64,000 bases of DNA from an uncultured Candidatus Saccharibacteria bacterium (GCA_938018005.1 CALIJG010000020.1:81063-145062); one strand, 5' to 3'. Positions 47,384-58,249 are shown, counted from the stretch's first letter. Program-made: numbers and translations. Notes: a model not told the origin generated them from the letters alone.

Positions 47384-48394
47384 CTACCGATCCCATACAA
47401 ACCCCTCGCCAAAGTGCCCCCAGCGGGCGGTTGGCTCGTAGATGGGCTGGGCGAGCTGGAGCGAGATGATGATACCATGCGGGCTGAGATCATAGCCTGT
47501 GATGGGCTGCTCTACCCCATCGATGATGGCAGTCGCCTCGACGGGCTGGTCGTGGCCGATTGCATACGCCAGGCGCACCAGCACCTCCTGCGCGTGGTAT
47601 TGTCGCAGATAATCCACTGCAATGCGCCGCGCCATATACGCTGCCGAGCGATCCACCTTGGTGGCGTCCTTGCCGCTAAAGGCACCACCACCAATCGGCA
47701 CGCGTGGCCCATAATTATCGACGATGAGCTTGCGTCCCGTCAGGCCAGCATCAGCTGCAAAGCCTCCAATCTGCCAGTCCCCTGCTGGGTTACAGTGTAG
47801 CACTGGCGCATCATATTGCTTATCCTTAAAAAATGTGTTCACATACGTCTGCTGCTGAAGCCACTTCTTGACTACCTCTGTTAAGTCGTCTTTTGGCGCG
47901 TGTTGGAAGCTTGCAACAATTGCCGTTATCTGCCCACCACGCAGTGTTACTTGCGTTTTGCCATCGTAGGGCCAACGTTGATACAAAAATTGGTTCAATC
48001 GCCGCGCCAGCACTGTTTCGAGTGGGAGCAGCTCAGGCGTTTCGTTGCAAGCGTAGCCGATCATCACGCCTTGGTCACCTGCCCCGCCATCATTCACACC
48101 ACGAGCAATCTCTGGGCTCTGCTGAGCAATATGCTCAATTATCTCTACCTCATTCCCCGCCAAACGCTGCACAATCGGTGCCACTGCCACCGTCGCCTGC
48201 GACGTCACTTCGCCTGTCACAAACACCGTGCCATGGCCGCCGCACACCTCCACCGCCACGCGTGCCTGTGGGTCGCGGGCTAAGTAAGCATCAAGGATGG
48301 CGTCGCTCATTTGGTCGCACAGCTTGTCGGGGTGGCCTGGGCTCACGCTCTCGGCGGTGCGGAATTGTGCTGATGCTATAGTGGTTGCTGTCAT
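47384..48394 (-). CDS. metK: S-adenosylmethionine synthetase
   Basis: FRTAESVSPGHPDKLCDQMSDAILDAYL and GGGAFSGKDATKVDRSAAYMAR signatures. RBS GAAGGGAG precedes the ATG. Confidence 0.9.
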   Translation of the reverse strand: MTATTIASAQFRTAESVSPGHPDKLCDQMSDAILDAYLARDPQARVAVEVCGGHGTVFVTGEVTSQATVAVAPIVQRLAGNEVEIIEHIAQQSPEIARGVNDGGAGDQGVMIGYACNETPELLPLETVLARRLNQFLYQRWPYDGKTQVTLRGGQITAIVASFQHAPKDDLTEVVKKWLQQQTYVNTFFKDKQYDAPVLHCNPAGDWQIGGFAADAGLTGRKLIVDNYGPRVPIGGGAFSGKDATKVDRSAAYMARRIAVDYLRQYHAQEVLVRLAYAIGHDQPVEATAIIDGVEQPITGYDLSPHGIIISLQLAQPIYEPTARWGHFGEGFVWDR

Positions 48395-48716
48395 AAAAAA
48401 CTCCCTTCTCTTATCCTGCACTGCCAGGCGAGAAAGGAACTGCTCTCTTATGCGTCTCATATCTTCCCTGCGCACAGGCTGGAATTAGCACCTTACTCGC
48501 TTCCCGAGCAGGTTGCTGGCGAGTCATCGGGCCAGTCCCTCGTCGCACTCTGGATATTAGTGATATTGGTAATAGTATAGCATATATTTATGCTAGGAAT
48601 ACCTACCCTATCGATGTAGCACAACGCGATAAGAAAGATACAACTACACTCAAGTTATCTCGCAGCCAGATTTTCCATAACTAAAAAACCGGCCGCTATG
48701 ACCGGTTTCTTGCTAC

Positions 48717-49157
48717 TTATTTTTCCTCTAGCCGCTCCCCGGCTCGTGCTCGGTTAGCCCATTGGTCGGCGAGTTCGTTTTGCTCATGGCCGTTGTGACC
48801 GCGTACCCAGATGAGCTTCGGCTGAACAGTGGTATAAAGCGCATAGGCTTCTTGCACGAGCTCGAGATTCTTGATGGGCCCGCTGCTCTTGCGCCAGCCC
48901 TTGGCTGCCCAGCCAGGCGCCCACTTGGTGAGGGCATTAACCCAAAACTCGCTATCGGTATGGATCTCACACTCCTCAGCCCCAGCCAACTGCATGGCTG
49001 CGATGAGGGCCATCCCTTCCATGCGAATGTTCGTCGTGTTGCCTGGCTCGCTGCCCAGCGCTACGGGCTTGCCCTGCTCAATAACGGCATAGCCGCCCGG
49101 GCCAGGGTTGGGGCTGGCACTACCATCAGTATAGAAGATGCGTGGAGTGGCTGCCAT
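48717..49157 (-). CDS. rnhA: ribonuclease HI
   Basis: IFYTDGSASPNPGPGGYAVI...TNIRMEGMALIAAM...IHTDSEFWVNAL...VRGHNGHEQNELADQWA supplies the DEDD residues. The start lies immediately after the stop of the upstream gene. Confidence 0.85.
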   Translation of the reverse strand: MAATPRIFYTDGSASPNPGPGGYAVIEQGKPVALGSEPGNTTNIRMEGMALIAAMQLAGAEECEIHTDSEFWVNALTKWAPGWAAKGWRKSSGPIKNLELVQEAYALYTTVQPKLIWVRGHNGHEQNELADQWANRARAGERLEEK

Positions 49158-49158
49158 G

Positions 49159-49536
49159 CTAGTTACCGCGGTCCACGCGCTGGAACTCCATCCAATCTGA
49201 TGGCCGATACCACTTGGTGTCATTGTTATAGCGTTCGTCAAACTTCGCCTGGTGCCGCGCCAAGAAGTAATGCCTACCACCATCGTGCTCGGCTTCGTAG
49301 CGAATATACATTTGGTCTGGATAATTCTTGGGTGCGCCGCTGTAGAGCATCACATCCACTGTGTTGCCCGGGTTAAGCGTGTGCGACTCGTTGCGCATAC
49401 TCCCTAGATATTCCCAGCTCACAACCTTCACCTGCCGATCCGAATCATTCTTGATGCGTGCCCATACATCTATTTTCGACACACTCTCATTCCGCACATC
49501 AACACGCTCTACGCGCACTACCGGAAAATTACTCAT
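49159..49536 (-). CDS. hypothetical protein co-transcribed with rnhA
   Basis: RBS AAGGAGA lies 7 nt before the ATG. The stop (TAG) sits 1 nt before the rnhA ATG. 125 aa with no recognised domain. Confidence 0.55.
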   Translation of the reverse strand: MSNFPVVRVERVDVRNESVSKIDVWARIKNDSDRQVKVVSWEYLGSMRNESHTLNPGNTVDVMLYSGAPKNYPDQMYIRYEAEHDGGRHYFLARHQAKFDERYNNDTKWYRPSDWMEFQRVDRGN

Positions 49537-50110
49537 CTGCTTGTCTCCTTGTTTATGGGGTTATCGAGGTAATTATACCATATGGTGTGCGAAGTGCTTG
49601 CTAAATACAGCTATTGCGTTGATGCTGCGCACCATCACTACCTCTGTTATGATCAAAGGCTCTACCCTTACCTACGCTATATGTAGTGTGCCCATATCTA
49701 GTGTCTCGGATGGTGTGGAAAAGTCGTGGAGATTTTTCACCGACACTAGACCACTGTTGGGTGGGTATTTTTCGCTTTTACACTGCTATATAACTGTCCA
49801 ACCCACTATGTCTTTCACCTTGGATGATGATAGGAAGTGAAAAACACGGTAGCACTCTCATCATGCGAAGCAAATGCCTATAGGCCTCACGACACGTAAT
49901 TTAGATACCGAGTCACCACTTATCTTATTGAGTAGCCGCACAGCACGCCGAGCTGAATATTCTATCAATGATACCTATACCCCTACTATCTATATACCAC
50001 TAACCTATTTATGATCTGTTCTTATAGATATCTTTCTTTGCCATGACGAGCCATACGTTGCTACAATAGTGGTATATAATTGCTATACGAATTATCTGGT
50101 AAGGTTATTA

Positions 50111-50248
50111 TGAAACTCCAGCGTCTACTCGCCATTCTGTCGCTCCTCTGCGAGCGAGACAGAGCCACCGCTCAGGAACTAGCCGGTCGCTTTGAGGTGT
50201 CGAAATGCAGGGTGATCCAAAAGACACAAAAAAACATTCAATACTGAC
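50111..50248 (+). pseudogene. truncated YafY/DeoR-like HTH regulator fragment (WYL-regulator N-terminus only)
   Basis: Encodes MKLQRLLAILSLLCERDRATAQELAGRFEVSKCRVIQKTQKNIQY*. The first ~30 aa resemble YafY-type HTH_11 N-termini (RLLxILxLLxxRxxxTAxELAxxxEVS), then similarity is lost near an A7 homopolymer, with a stop at codon 46. Confidence 0.35.
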
Positions 50249-50321
50249 ACACTGCTGTCATCATTTGTGGCGTATACTTGAGAGACAATACACTAATTGG
50301 TATATCGCAAGGAGGTACCTC

Positions 50322-50696
50322 ATGATCGATCATTTCGGCATCATCGTTAAAGATATTGAAGCAAGCAAAGCCTTTTATGAGGCGGTATTGGCACCCCTGG
50401 GGTATGCCAAGACAATTGACGAATCATATGGCGTAGGCTTTAGCAGTCCAGACCGGACGCAGCATACCGGGATATTTTGGCTTGGGCAAGGCGAGCCATC
50501 ATCGCCACTACACTTTGCTTTTGCTGCACCGTCGCGGGCAGCAGTTGATGCATTCTATGCAGCCGGCCTAGCAGTAGGAGCGCAGGACAATGGCGCACCT
50601 GGCGTGCGGGCGATCTATCATCCAGACTATTATGGTGCCTTCCTCATCGACCCAAACGGGCATAATATTGAGGCAGTGTGCCACGCTGATGCATAG
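50322..50696 (+). CDS. VOC-family (glyoxalase/bleomycin-resistance/dioxygenase-like) protein
   Basis: RBS AGGAGG precedes the ATG. MIDHFGIIVKDIEASKAFYEAVL is the typical VOC betaalphabetabetabeta opening. The track ORF starts earlier (50205), but the RBS supports 50322. Confidence 0.65.
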   Translation: MIDHFGIIVKDIEASKAFYEAVLAPLGYAKTIDESYGVGFSSPDRTQHTGIFWLGQGEPSSPLHFAFAAPSRAAVDAFYAAGLAVGAQDNGAPGVRAIYHPDYYGAFLIDPNGHNIEAVCHADA

Positions 50697-51143
50697 GGGT
50701 AGACCTACCCTATCAGTGGGTGGTGGGGTATCTATGTGAAGGTCATTTTCTCAATCAATAGTAGCTAAGCACGGCAGTTTGGTCTCTCCGCGAGGAGCAA
50801 TGCTTCGGCCACCGCCAAAAGCAAAGAAGCTCGTATATAAATACCGAGCTTCTTACATTTCACTGCCAGTATCGCATAGAGATATGTGCTATAGCCTACT
50901 GCCTATATAGGCCAAGGGGTATGTTTTTACACATGAAGTAGACAAATGATACACGTTCTTACATCAAAACCATTTTTGCCTATGCGAGCCTATTCCCTAC
51001 CATCTCATTTGGTAAATAATAAGTGCGCCACATGAGCTAACTTTCCTCCAACTCTTAGCGGTCGATATAACGAATATGTCGGCCATTCATAGCTTGATGG
51101 AAGCATAGCAAGCGGAAGATGAGTAAAATCGAGCCTAGAGCTC

Positions 51144-51875
51144 TTATCGCTGATAATGCTGCACAAACTGGCGCAGGATCTTGACTGGCTCGGTGACGGT
51201 TTGCCGGCGGGCATTGGCGATGAGAGTATCGGCTTCGTCTGGAGCACAGTAGCCAGCGTGACGATAGATATCAATGCGCAAGGCAAGACTCTCCGGGTCG
51301 AGCTCGGGATGGAACTGCGTGGCATACACGTTGCGCCCCACGCGCAGCATCTGCACGCAACTGCGCGAGCGTGCTAAGACAGTACAGGCAGCTGGTGGCT
51401 CAAGCACCCCTTCTTTGTGCCCAACGAAGCCGTCGAAGGTAGTGGGCAAGTCAGCGAGGAGTGGATCATCCCCAGCTGCTGGCGTGAGGGTGATCGGCAC
51501 AGCACCAATTGCCTCACCATAAGCAAAGCTAGGCGTACCACCCAGCGCCGACACCAGCGCGCCAACCCCCAGGCAGGCGCCAAGAAATGGGATGTCGCGA
51601 GCAATAATCTCGCGCAGGAGCGGCATCATCGCGGCTTCAAACTCGCGCTGCTCGGCTGATTTCTCCTCTGGCCGGTAGGCAAAGTTGGCTGGGCCACCAC
51701 CCATTAGTACGCCACTATAGGTGCTGAGCGGCTGCGTGGGGCGCTGCCCTGCCTCGATGCGCACTCGCTCAAGGTCACCTGATGCAAGGCCACCAAAGTG
51801 CAAGAATGCCTGATATTCATTATCCGACGCCTCATCCTCAGGGCGCGACTGCAGTAGTACAAATGGTTTCGTCAT
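51144..51875 (-). CDS. class I glutamine amidotransferase-like protein
   Basis: Nucleophile elbow LGACLGVG (Cys) and QFHPE (His/Glu). No fused synthase domain. Confidence 0.7.
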   Translation of the reverse strand: MTKPFVLLQSRPEDEASDNEYQAFLHFGGLASGDLERVRIEAGQRPTQPLSTYSGVLMGGGPANFAYRPEEKSAEQREFEAAMMPLLREIIARDIPFLGACLGVGALVSALGGTPSFAYGEAIGAVPITLTPAAGDDPLLADLPTTFDGFVGHKEGVLEPPAACTVLARSRSCVQMLRVGRNVYATQFHPELDPESLALRIDIYRHAGYCAPDEADTLIANARRQTVTEPVKILRQFVQHYQR

Positions 51876-51945
51876 ACCCCTTAGTGTAGCATGGCATGGC
51901 GGTAGCTAATACCCCCTGCAGACGTGTGCTATGGGGTATGGGGTA

Positions 51946-52518
51946 TTACTCTGCACTATTGCCCGGATAGACATAATCCTTGAAGAAGTCTGCATCAAAG
52001 TCGCTATCGACCCACAGCTCCAGCCAGCCAAGGAAGTCCTGGCGCTCACAGCATGGGCCAGCCCCTACGTCGCAGAAGTTCCACACTTCACCAGCCCATT
52101 TGCCGCTGGTAATAAGCTGGTAGGTATCGCCGCAGCCTTGGTCGAGTATCAGCACACCTTCGTTACCCAGCCGCTCCTCAAATGCTTTGTTCGTAAGCAG
52201 TGCCTCATCCTCTTCTTCCTCCCAGAGCCAGTAGTCGTCGATCGTCACACTGCGCGAGAGGTCCTTTACCTCGGTATCAGCCAGTCGTTTGAGGCCATAG
52301 ATAGAGATGCCACTGGGTTGCCGAATATCTTGGCAGCCATCGCCCACCTGCTGGAGGAAGAGTCGATAGGCCTCGGGCAGGCGTGTGTTGCAGGCGGTCT
52401 CAAAGGCAGCGATGTCTGCTTCGCTCAGCGTTCGGCCCATCACGACACCCTTTTCGGCCAGCTTGGCTTTGAGGCGCGCGATGATGGCGGGATAGTCGGT
52501 GGGGTTATGGATGGGCAT
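51946..52518 (-). CDS. SMI1/KNR4 (SUKH-1) family protein, immunity-protein-like
   Basis: LSEADIAAFETACNTRLPEAYRLFLQQVGDG matches the SMI1/KNR4 core. No adjacent toxin gene, so it appears to be an orphan immunity gene. Confidence 0.65.
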   Translation of the reverse strand: MPIHNPTDYPAIIARLKAKLAEKGVVMGRTLSEADIAAFETACNTRLPEAYRLFLQQVGDGCQDIRQPSGISIYGLKRLADTEVKDLSRSVTIDDYWLWEEEEDEALLTNKAFEERLGNEGVLILDQGCGDTYQLITSGKWAGEVWNFCDVGAGPCCERQDFLGWLELWVDSDFDADFFKDYVYPGNSAE

Positions 52519-52640
52519 AATTTCTCCTTATATTTTTTCTCATCGTACCATGTATATTACTGCCCCGCAAACGCGCACTCACACCAAAAGAGCTGCTCCT
52601 ATATATGGAGCAGCTCTGGTGGCTATAAAAAGCGCAGGAT

Positions 52641-52835
52641 TTATTGATCCATCTTGCCCTTTACGTAGCCCTCGGTTTCGTGAGCTTTGTTCTTGGCGTC
52701 GTTCGCCTTTTCCTTTACGGTATCGACGGCGTTTTCTGCAGCGTCTTTAGCCTTCTCAGCTACTTCTTCGGCTTTGTCTTGTACGTCATCAGCTACTTTT
52801 TGAGCTTTGGCTTTGATGTCGTCAGTAAGTCCCAT
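52641..52835 (-). CDS. CsbD-family general stress protein
   Basis: 64 aa; MGLTDDIKAKAQKVADDVQDKAEE...KAHETEGYVKGK is Lys/Ala/Asp-rich and CsbD-like. RBS GGAGGA precedes the ATG. Confidence 0.6.
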   Translation of the reverse strand: MGLTDDIKAKAQKVADDVQDKAEEVAEKAKDAAENAVDTVKEKANDAKNKAHETEGYVKGKMDQ

Positions 52836-53146
52836 GTGATATCCTCCATGGTTAGTGTTAGTACAGTTCTATTATAGCAATGTTGGGCGATAATAGCTAT
52901 ATACCCAATAAGCAAAAAGGGTAACCGTTATAGCTTCAAGCTTCTGTTCTACAGGTTGCATATCTGTTGCTGACGGTGACTCTTGGTAACACAGTGATTC
53001 ATAGACGCCACAAATTCTCATATTTTACTGGCGTGTAACACCTGGTACATAGTAGCCTCTATGCCACTCCAGCAAGAAGCATAATGGCCGAGATTATCAC
53101 GAGAAATATCGCGCTTCTCATACCCCTATTGATACACCGAGCTCGG

Positions 53147-53950
53147 CTATTTACTTGCCGTATCGCTCGGGCCGCTCAGATATTCCTCCGCGTCGTGGAT
53201 AAGGAAGAGGCTCACGTCGTCGCGCGTTTTGCCGGCCTTGTGGAAGGGTGTGCCGATGACATGAATGAGGATGATCATATACACCAAGATGAAGCTAATC
53301 AGCCCCACCACCGTCAGGCTGGCGACAAATGGGTCGATATTAGTAATGAGCAAGAGGCCAAGCAACGCCACCACAATAGAGCGCGCCAAGATAGATGCCG
53401 AGGGGATAAAGCGGATCCGCTGGATGTAGTCTACCCGGTGGCGGTGACGGAGCAGTACCGTCTGCTGCTGCTTGAGCTTGACGATGAAGTTGGGCGGCAC
53501 ATTGCCCTGCTCCATCGTGGCAAAATACGGCGTTAAGCCCCGGATATCCTGCCGAGCATCGTAGGCCGAGTGGCGCACATCGCTCGAAAACCCTTGAGCC
53601 ACAGCATGCAGCTGGTGCCGAAAGCCATCGATATCAAACACCGGATAGCTCTGATGAATCGCCGCGGCATCATCATACATATCCTCTAGCAGCGCTGCAA
53701 ACTCCGCTGGGATCCGCTCCGACTCTTTGTAGTCTGCGATCGTGGCCGAGAGCAAAAAACCAATCACAAAGGTCACACTGGATATGACGCTATTGTGCAG
53801 CGAGCTCTGCTCGATCGGCTCCCATCCCAGGCGGTGCAGGACGAACTTCACACTCACCACCACCGTCGCTACTGCCAGCGCCTGCCAAAAAATCTGCAGA
53901 AGCTTACCCTGCTGCTTGATCTGTTTTATCTGTTTGATAGGTCGATTCAT
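53147..53950 (-). CDS. hypothetical membrane protein (two N-terminal TM helices, soluble middle, two C-terminal TM helices)
   Basis: Topology resembles bestrophin/UPF0187-like proteins, but there is no motif-level support. Start at MNRPIKQ; a TATAAT lies 9 nt upstream, so the mRNA may be leaderless. Confidence 0.4.
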   Translation of the reverse strand: MNRPIKQIKQIKQQGKLLQIFWQALAVATVVVSVKFVLHRLGWEPIEQSSLHNSVISSVTFVIGFLLSATIADYKESERIPAEFAALLEDMYDDAAAIHQSYPVFDIDGFRHQLHAVAQGFSSDVRHSAYDARQDIRGLTPYFATMEQGNVPPNFIVKLKQQQTVLLRHRHRVDYIQRIRFIPSASILARSIVVALLGLLLITNIDPFVASLTVVGLISFILVYMIILIHVIGTPFHKAGKTRDDVSLFLIHDAEEYLSGPSDTASK

Positions 53951-54215
53951 AATTTCTTTATTATACCGTATCTGGCGGGGAGAGCAATTGTCTTGCCCAG
54001 CAATGTGACTCAACCTGATGCGGCAGTCATTAATTCATTGTGTGAGATAAAACCAAGCACGCTCCATGCTGACTTATGCTATACCCACACCCCTACTCCC
54101 CCTATAGGTCGCCCCTATGGCGCGGAGCAAGCTCCTCCACCGAAGCAACATCGTGCAGCCACGGGAAGTGCCGCAGTAGCACCGCTGATTGCACAAGCTC
54201 CTGCCAGGAGATCGC

Positions 54216-54671
54216 TCAAGTGATTATCCGCTCGCCTGCATCACAGCACGGTGGCATGTGGCGCACTGGTTGCCGGGCCAGCACCAGGTGGACGAACCAC
54301 TCCATCTTTGGCTCGGGCTGCACCACTTCCAGCAGCTGCCAGTCGGCAAATTCCCAGCCTGTCTCCTCGCGCAGTTCGCGCTGGGCTGCTGCAATGATGG
54401 TCGCATCCTCGGGGTCAACCCGCCCGGCTGGCAAATGGCCATGCCGCACGATGCCGCCTGGCTGCTCTTCATCATTCACAAGCACCTTACCTGCATCATC
54501 CACTGCAATAACGAACACTGTATCGGGCCGGCGCACCATCTCGAAGGTCGCCACCGAGCCATCATACAGTTGCTGTGGCCACTGATAAACACTAAATATC
54601 TCGCCCGCAAAGACACACTGCGCCTCGGGCGGAATCAGCCGAGCATGGGGTGGAATGGTACGCTGTGTCAT
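54216..54671 (-). CDS. NUDIX hydrolase
   Basis: Nudix box [26 protein letters not shown]. Confidence 0.75.
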   Translation of the reverse strand: MTQRTIPPHARLIPPEAQCVFAGEIFSVYQWPQQLYDGSVATFEMVRRPDTVFVIAVDDAGKVLVNDEEQPGGIVRHGHLPAGRVDPEDATIIAAAQRELREETGWEFADWQLLEVVQPEPKMEWFVHLVLARQPVRHMPPCCDAGERIIT

Positions 54672-54770
54672 GGTGGTATTGTAGCATTGTTCACGTTTTC
54701 ACACATTTCTCGCTGCACATCATCTTCCAAAAATTCGCCCCCGCACCCTATATCTGCTACAATAATCCTT

Positions 54771-55307
54771 ATGCATAATGATATCGAAACAATCCTCTTT
54801 ACCAACGATGACATTGCGCGGGCGGTGGCGCGCCTGGGCCAGCAGCTGAGCCAGGAATATGCCAGTAAAAACCCGCTGGTGGTGGGGATTCTGCGCGGGG
54901 CGGCACCCTTTATGATCGACCTGGTGCGGGCGATGGATTGCATGCTGGAAATCGACTTTATGGATGTCTCGAGCTATGGCGACGAGCTAACCTCCACTGG
55001 CAATGTGCGTATCCTCAAAGACCTCGATACGGACGTGGCTGGCCGACATGTGCTACTGGTAGAAGACATCGTGGATACAGGCCACACTGCCCAGGCGCTG
55101 TTTGAGCTCTTTGCCGGGCGCCACACCGCCAGCACCAAGCTCTGCACCCTGCTGGATAAACCCGAGCGCCGCACGGTGGATGTGCAGGCAGATTACATTG
55201 GCATCCCCACCCCCAATGAATTCGTGGTGGGCTACGGCCTCGACTACCGCCAGCACTACCGCAACCTACCGTATATTGGTGTGCTGAAGCCTGAGGTGTA
55301 TCAGTAA
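54771..55307 (+). CDS. hpt: hypoxanthine-guanine phosphoribosyltransferase
   Basis: PRPP-binding motif [13 protein letters not shown] and the Hpt core. The start MHNDIET is in-frame inside the longer track ORF. Confidence 0.85.
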   Translation: MHNDIETILFTNDDIARAVARLGQQLSQEYASKNPLVVGILRGAAPFMIDLVRAMDCMLEIDFMDVSSYGDELTSTGNVRILKDLDTDVAGRHVLLVEDIVDTGHTAQALFELFAGRHTASTKLCTLLDKPERRTVDVQADYIGIPTPNEFVVGYGLDYRQHYRNLPYIGVLKPEVYQ

Positions 55308-55620
55308 GAGTGCTCTACGCTATATTGGGCGACCACTACGGTCGATACCTGTCGTGTCGACTTTACCTTGCCAGTCTTGGATATAAGTGGTGTATTAAGC
55401 TCTTCGAGTAATGAGTATGCCAATACTTGAAACTTCTCTGGCATGGAAATAAATGAGATAATCTATAGGAACATGACATCAAAAAATGGCGCGTTCAGCA
55501 AACGCGCCATGGATGCTTATGTCTCGGTGACGATACACGTGATACACGTCACTTACTACACTGAGCAAGGCATAAGACTGACTCCACAGACACCACACGT
55601 GGTGCCCACTTAGTATATCA

Positions 55621-56301
55621 TCAAGTAAGCTGATTGATCAACCAGTCGGTATGGCTCTCGTGAATGAATTCACCTTTTGCAATGCGAAGCCGCGCCAATG
55701 GGAGATTGTGCAACACCCGACCAAGATACACTGGCCGCATATATGTCGTAAAAACAAGATGAGTGATGAAATGTGCCATGCGTAATCCATAATGTGCTTG
55801 TGGCTCAACTGTGTCAATCACAAGTGTATGCTGGTACCCGTGCTCACGCGCCTGCTGCTGCATGTAGCGCTGCATCTGGCGCGCCGTTGCCGCCTTAATC
55901 GTCTTATTGCTCACAACGATACGCACATCCTCATGACACCGCACCAGTGTATCGAGCAGCAGCCGACGCAGCAGCACCTGCCGCATATGGATACGTGCTG
56001 CTTTATTGCGCATTCGCGTCTCTTTTTTGTCACGCTTCATCACAACATACGTGATAGAGTGATCATCCCGAGCTGGTAGGCTTTTCGTAATATACTGCTC
56101 AATATGTTCTTTGGCATACCAATCGACAAGAAATGACCCTGGTTTGTATCGTCGCAAAACGTGGCCGTTTACCCGCCGGATAAGATTCGTCATTCGTTTG
56201 AGCGCTTTCTCGTCGTCGATCATCAGCGCTGCCATGACAAAGTAGGGCTTATGGCAGCCCAAGTCCAACGTGCCAGATTCGTGGATATAGATTGTTTTCA
56301 T
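55621..56301 (-). CDS. DUF3800-family protein
   Basis: N-terminus MKTIYIHESGTLDLG matches the DUF3800 signature (xxYIDESG). Confidence 0.5.
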   Translation of the reverse strand: MKTIYIHESGTLDLGCHKPYFVMAALMIDDEKALKRMTNLIRRVNGHVLRRYKPGSFLVDWYAKEHIEQYITKSLPARDDHSITYVVMKRDKKETRMRNKAARIHMRQVLLRRLLLDTLVRCHEDVRIVVSNKTIKAATARQMQRYMQQQAREHGYQHTLVIDTVEPQAHYGLRMAHFITHLVFTTYMRPVYLGRVLHNLPLARLRIAKGEFIHESHTDWLINQLT

Positions 56302-56355
56302 CTATTTCAAATTCCTTCCCCGTTATATAGCCTAGCAAGGCAGGTGAGATTATTT

Positions 56356-56883
56356 TTACTTATCGTGTGATGGTTTCTTTTGTTCGTATCGATCCAGATG
56401 CACAGCAAGCCCACTCTGCTCCACCGTGCGTATTGTCACTTCGGTACCAGTGCTGTCGCTTTCTGTCGTCAGGACTGGGTCGTCACGATTTGTTTCTTTG
56501 ACAATATACGAGACACTCTCGCCCTTCATCTGATCCCATCGTGCATGATTGAGCTGCGTGGGGTCAGTTGGGTCAAATAATGTATAGCTCACGCTGTGCT
56601 CCGGCGTAACGGTCGACCCCTTTGGGCAATGAAGCGTTGCCTTATCGGCTTCATACCCGGTAAAGGAAGGTGGGTTATCTTTATACGAAACATTCTCCCA
56701 GCCAACGAGACCACCGTCGTGTGTTGTGCATTGCCTTTCTATCGTCACACCCACATCTTTTTCCAAGCTTGCACAGCCAGCCACACCTCCTGTGGTAACC
56801 GCTAGCGCTGCCACCGAGCCAACAATCTTCGCTGATCGGTCGTACCAGTTGGTTTCTGTCTGTAGTCCTTCTTTTTTGCTCAT
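56356..56883 (-). CDS. putative lipoprotein
   Basis: Signal peptide with lipobox-like VAGCAS, followed by a Thr/Asp-rich mature region. Confidence 0.5.
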   Translation of the reverse strand: MSKKEGLQTETNWYDRSAKIVGSVAALAVTTGGVAGCASLEKDVGVTIERQCTTHDGGLVGWENVSYKDNPPSFTGYEADKATLHCPKGSTVTPEHSVSYTLFDPTDPTQLNHARWDQMKGESVSYIVKETNRDDPVLTTESDSTGTEVTIRTVEQSGLAVHLDRYEQKKPSHDK

Positions 56884-57004
56884 AAGTTGATCCTTACTTA
56901 CCTTGTGATACTAGATATAATAGTATAACCCTGCTCTATGGGCAAGCATAGCGACAATAGGTGCTATCTTAGGTCAAGGCATTTTAAAACGGCTTTTACA
57001 CTGC

Positions 57005-57045
57005 TCCACAGAAAACCAAACACCCCGCATCAGTATGATGCGGGG
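57005..57045 (-). terminator. intrinsic terminator downstream of the lectin gene
   Basis: CCCCGCATCA-gtat-TGATGCGGGG 10-bp stem, followed on the minus strand by GTGTTTGGTTTTCTG. Confidence 0.5.
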
Positions 57046-57083
57046 CATAGTGAGCAGAACGTGATATAGGCTACATATGCGGC

Positions 57084-57944
57084 TTAGTTATCAAACGTCC
57101 CAACGATGTTGACGTGGTTTCGTATGCCATCGCCTTGTGCTTCGTTGGTGACTGTGAACGAGCCATAGGTTGCACTGTGTGGGTATTGTGGTGAGGCCCA
57201 GTTGGTCTCGGGGATACCCTCGATGGTGCGGTCGGTGGCGCGCAGGGTGAGCACGCCAGTGTCTTGTGGCTTGGTTGTGGTGCGACGCGACGCATGAAAC
57301 CACTCTGGTGTTTGCTGCGCCTTGCCATAGCCGTACCACCAGCGCTGGCCAGGCTGAGCAATCTTGGCACCGCGGCGTGGCGTGCTCCACTGCCAGCTCG
57401 ATGCCCAGATGGCTTTGTTGTTCTTGTCGTACACAACGATATTGCGATCGCCCTGGAAGGCCAGGCGTGCACCCTTACCTTGAGTATTCGATGCCCACTG
57501 GGCCGTGCCAGTGTGGCTATAGAGTACGAGGTTGCCATCCTTTTGGAAGGTAAGAAGGAGCTCGCGGCCACCCGTCGTCTTGCCACTACTCAGGCAGAAA
57601 TTCCCTGGCGCAAAGTTGACCGTCTTGCTACCCCAGACAAAGCGCCCGCTGTTGGCAAATGATTCGTTGGAGGCCCAGTCGTACACCTCTGTGCCGGCTA
57701 CCACCCAGCCGTGCTGCTGGCGAAAGCTGTTGGTCGCATCGGCGCTGTGGTCTTCTGGGTAGCCCTCCGGCATCTTCCAGTAGGCATATGCATTGGCCGC
57801 TTTGACCTGCCCTACCACTGTACTACACGCCGCACGCGCTGCACTGAGCTCTTGCTCGGTAGCATGAGCTGGCGCACCACTCAGGCACACCATGGCTGCG
57901 GCCACTGCCACACCTGCCAGCGAATAGTTAATTAACTTCGTCAT
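57084..57944 (-). CDS. secreted bulb-type (B-) lectin domain protein, LlpA-like lectin bacteriocin candidate
   Basis: Signal peptide MTKLINYSLAGVAVAAAMVCLSGAPAHA. Two QxDxNxVxY mannose-binding motifs (FQKDGNLVLY, FQGDRNIVVY). Trp-rich C-terminal part. Confidence 0.6.
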   Translation of the reverse strand: MTKLINYSLAGVAVAAAMVCLSGAPAHATEQELSAARAACSTVVGQVKAANAYAYWKMPEGYPEDHSADATNSFRQQHGWVVAGTEVYDWASNESFANSGRFVWGSKTVNFAPGNFCLSSGKTTGGRELLLTFQKDGNLVLYSHTGTAQWASNTQGKGARLAFQGDRNIVVYDKNNKAIWASSWQWSTPRRGAKIAQPGQRWWYGYGKAQQTPEWFHASRRTTTKPQDTGVLTLRATDRTIEGIPETNWASPQYPHSATYGSFTVTNEAQGDGIRNHVNIVGTFDN

Positions 57945-58249
57945 ACACCCTCCTTTGTGTTAGGTTGTTGTGCCTCTAGTATACCCCACTATCCTCTGTT
58001 GTAATAGCCCAAAAGACCACCCCTTATTACCCCATCTCTGTAGCAGTGTAAAAACCACATCGTACTGTGGAAATCGCGTGGATAACTGCCCACACTGCGA
58101 GAATATACAGTGCTCTCTCGCCCTGGCAAAAATATGCATTATGCAGCGAGTCTTGCAAGATTATGGGCCTAACCCCTTGCAAAAAACTAACCATAAGCGT
58201 TATAATCATGCTCATAACGTTTTTAGACAAAAACAGGGGGGACAAAACG

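Noticed and set aside
50205-50321. N-terminal 39-aa extension of the VOC protein ORF (MQGDPKDTKK...)
   Set aside because: A strong AGGAGG RBS sits directly before the internal ATG at 50322. The extension overlaps the decayed YafY-like fragment in another frame and is Cys/His-rich nonsense.
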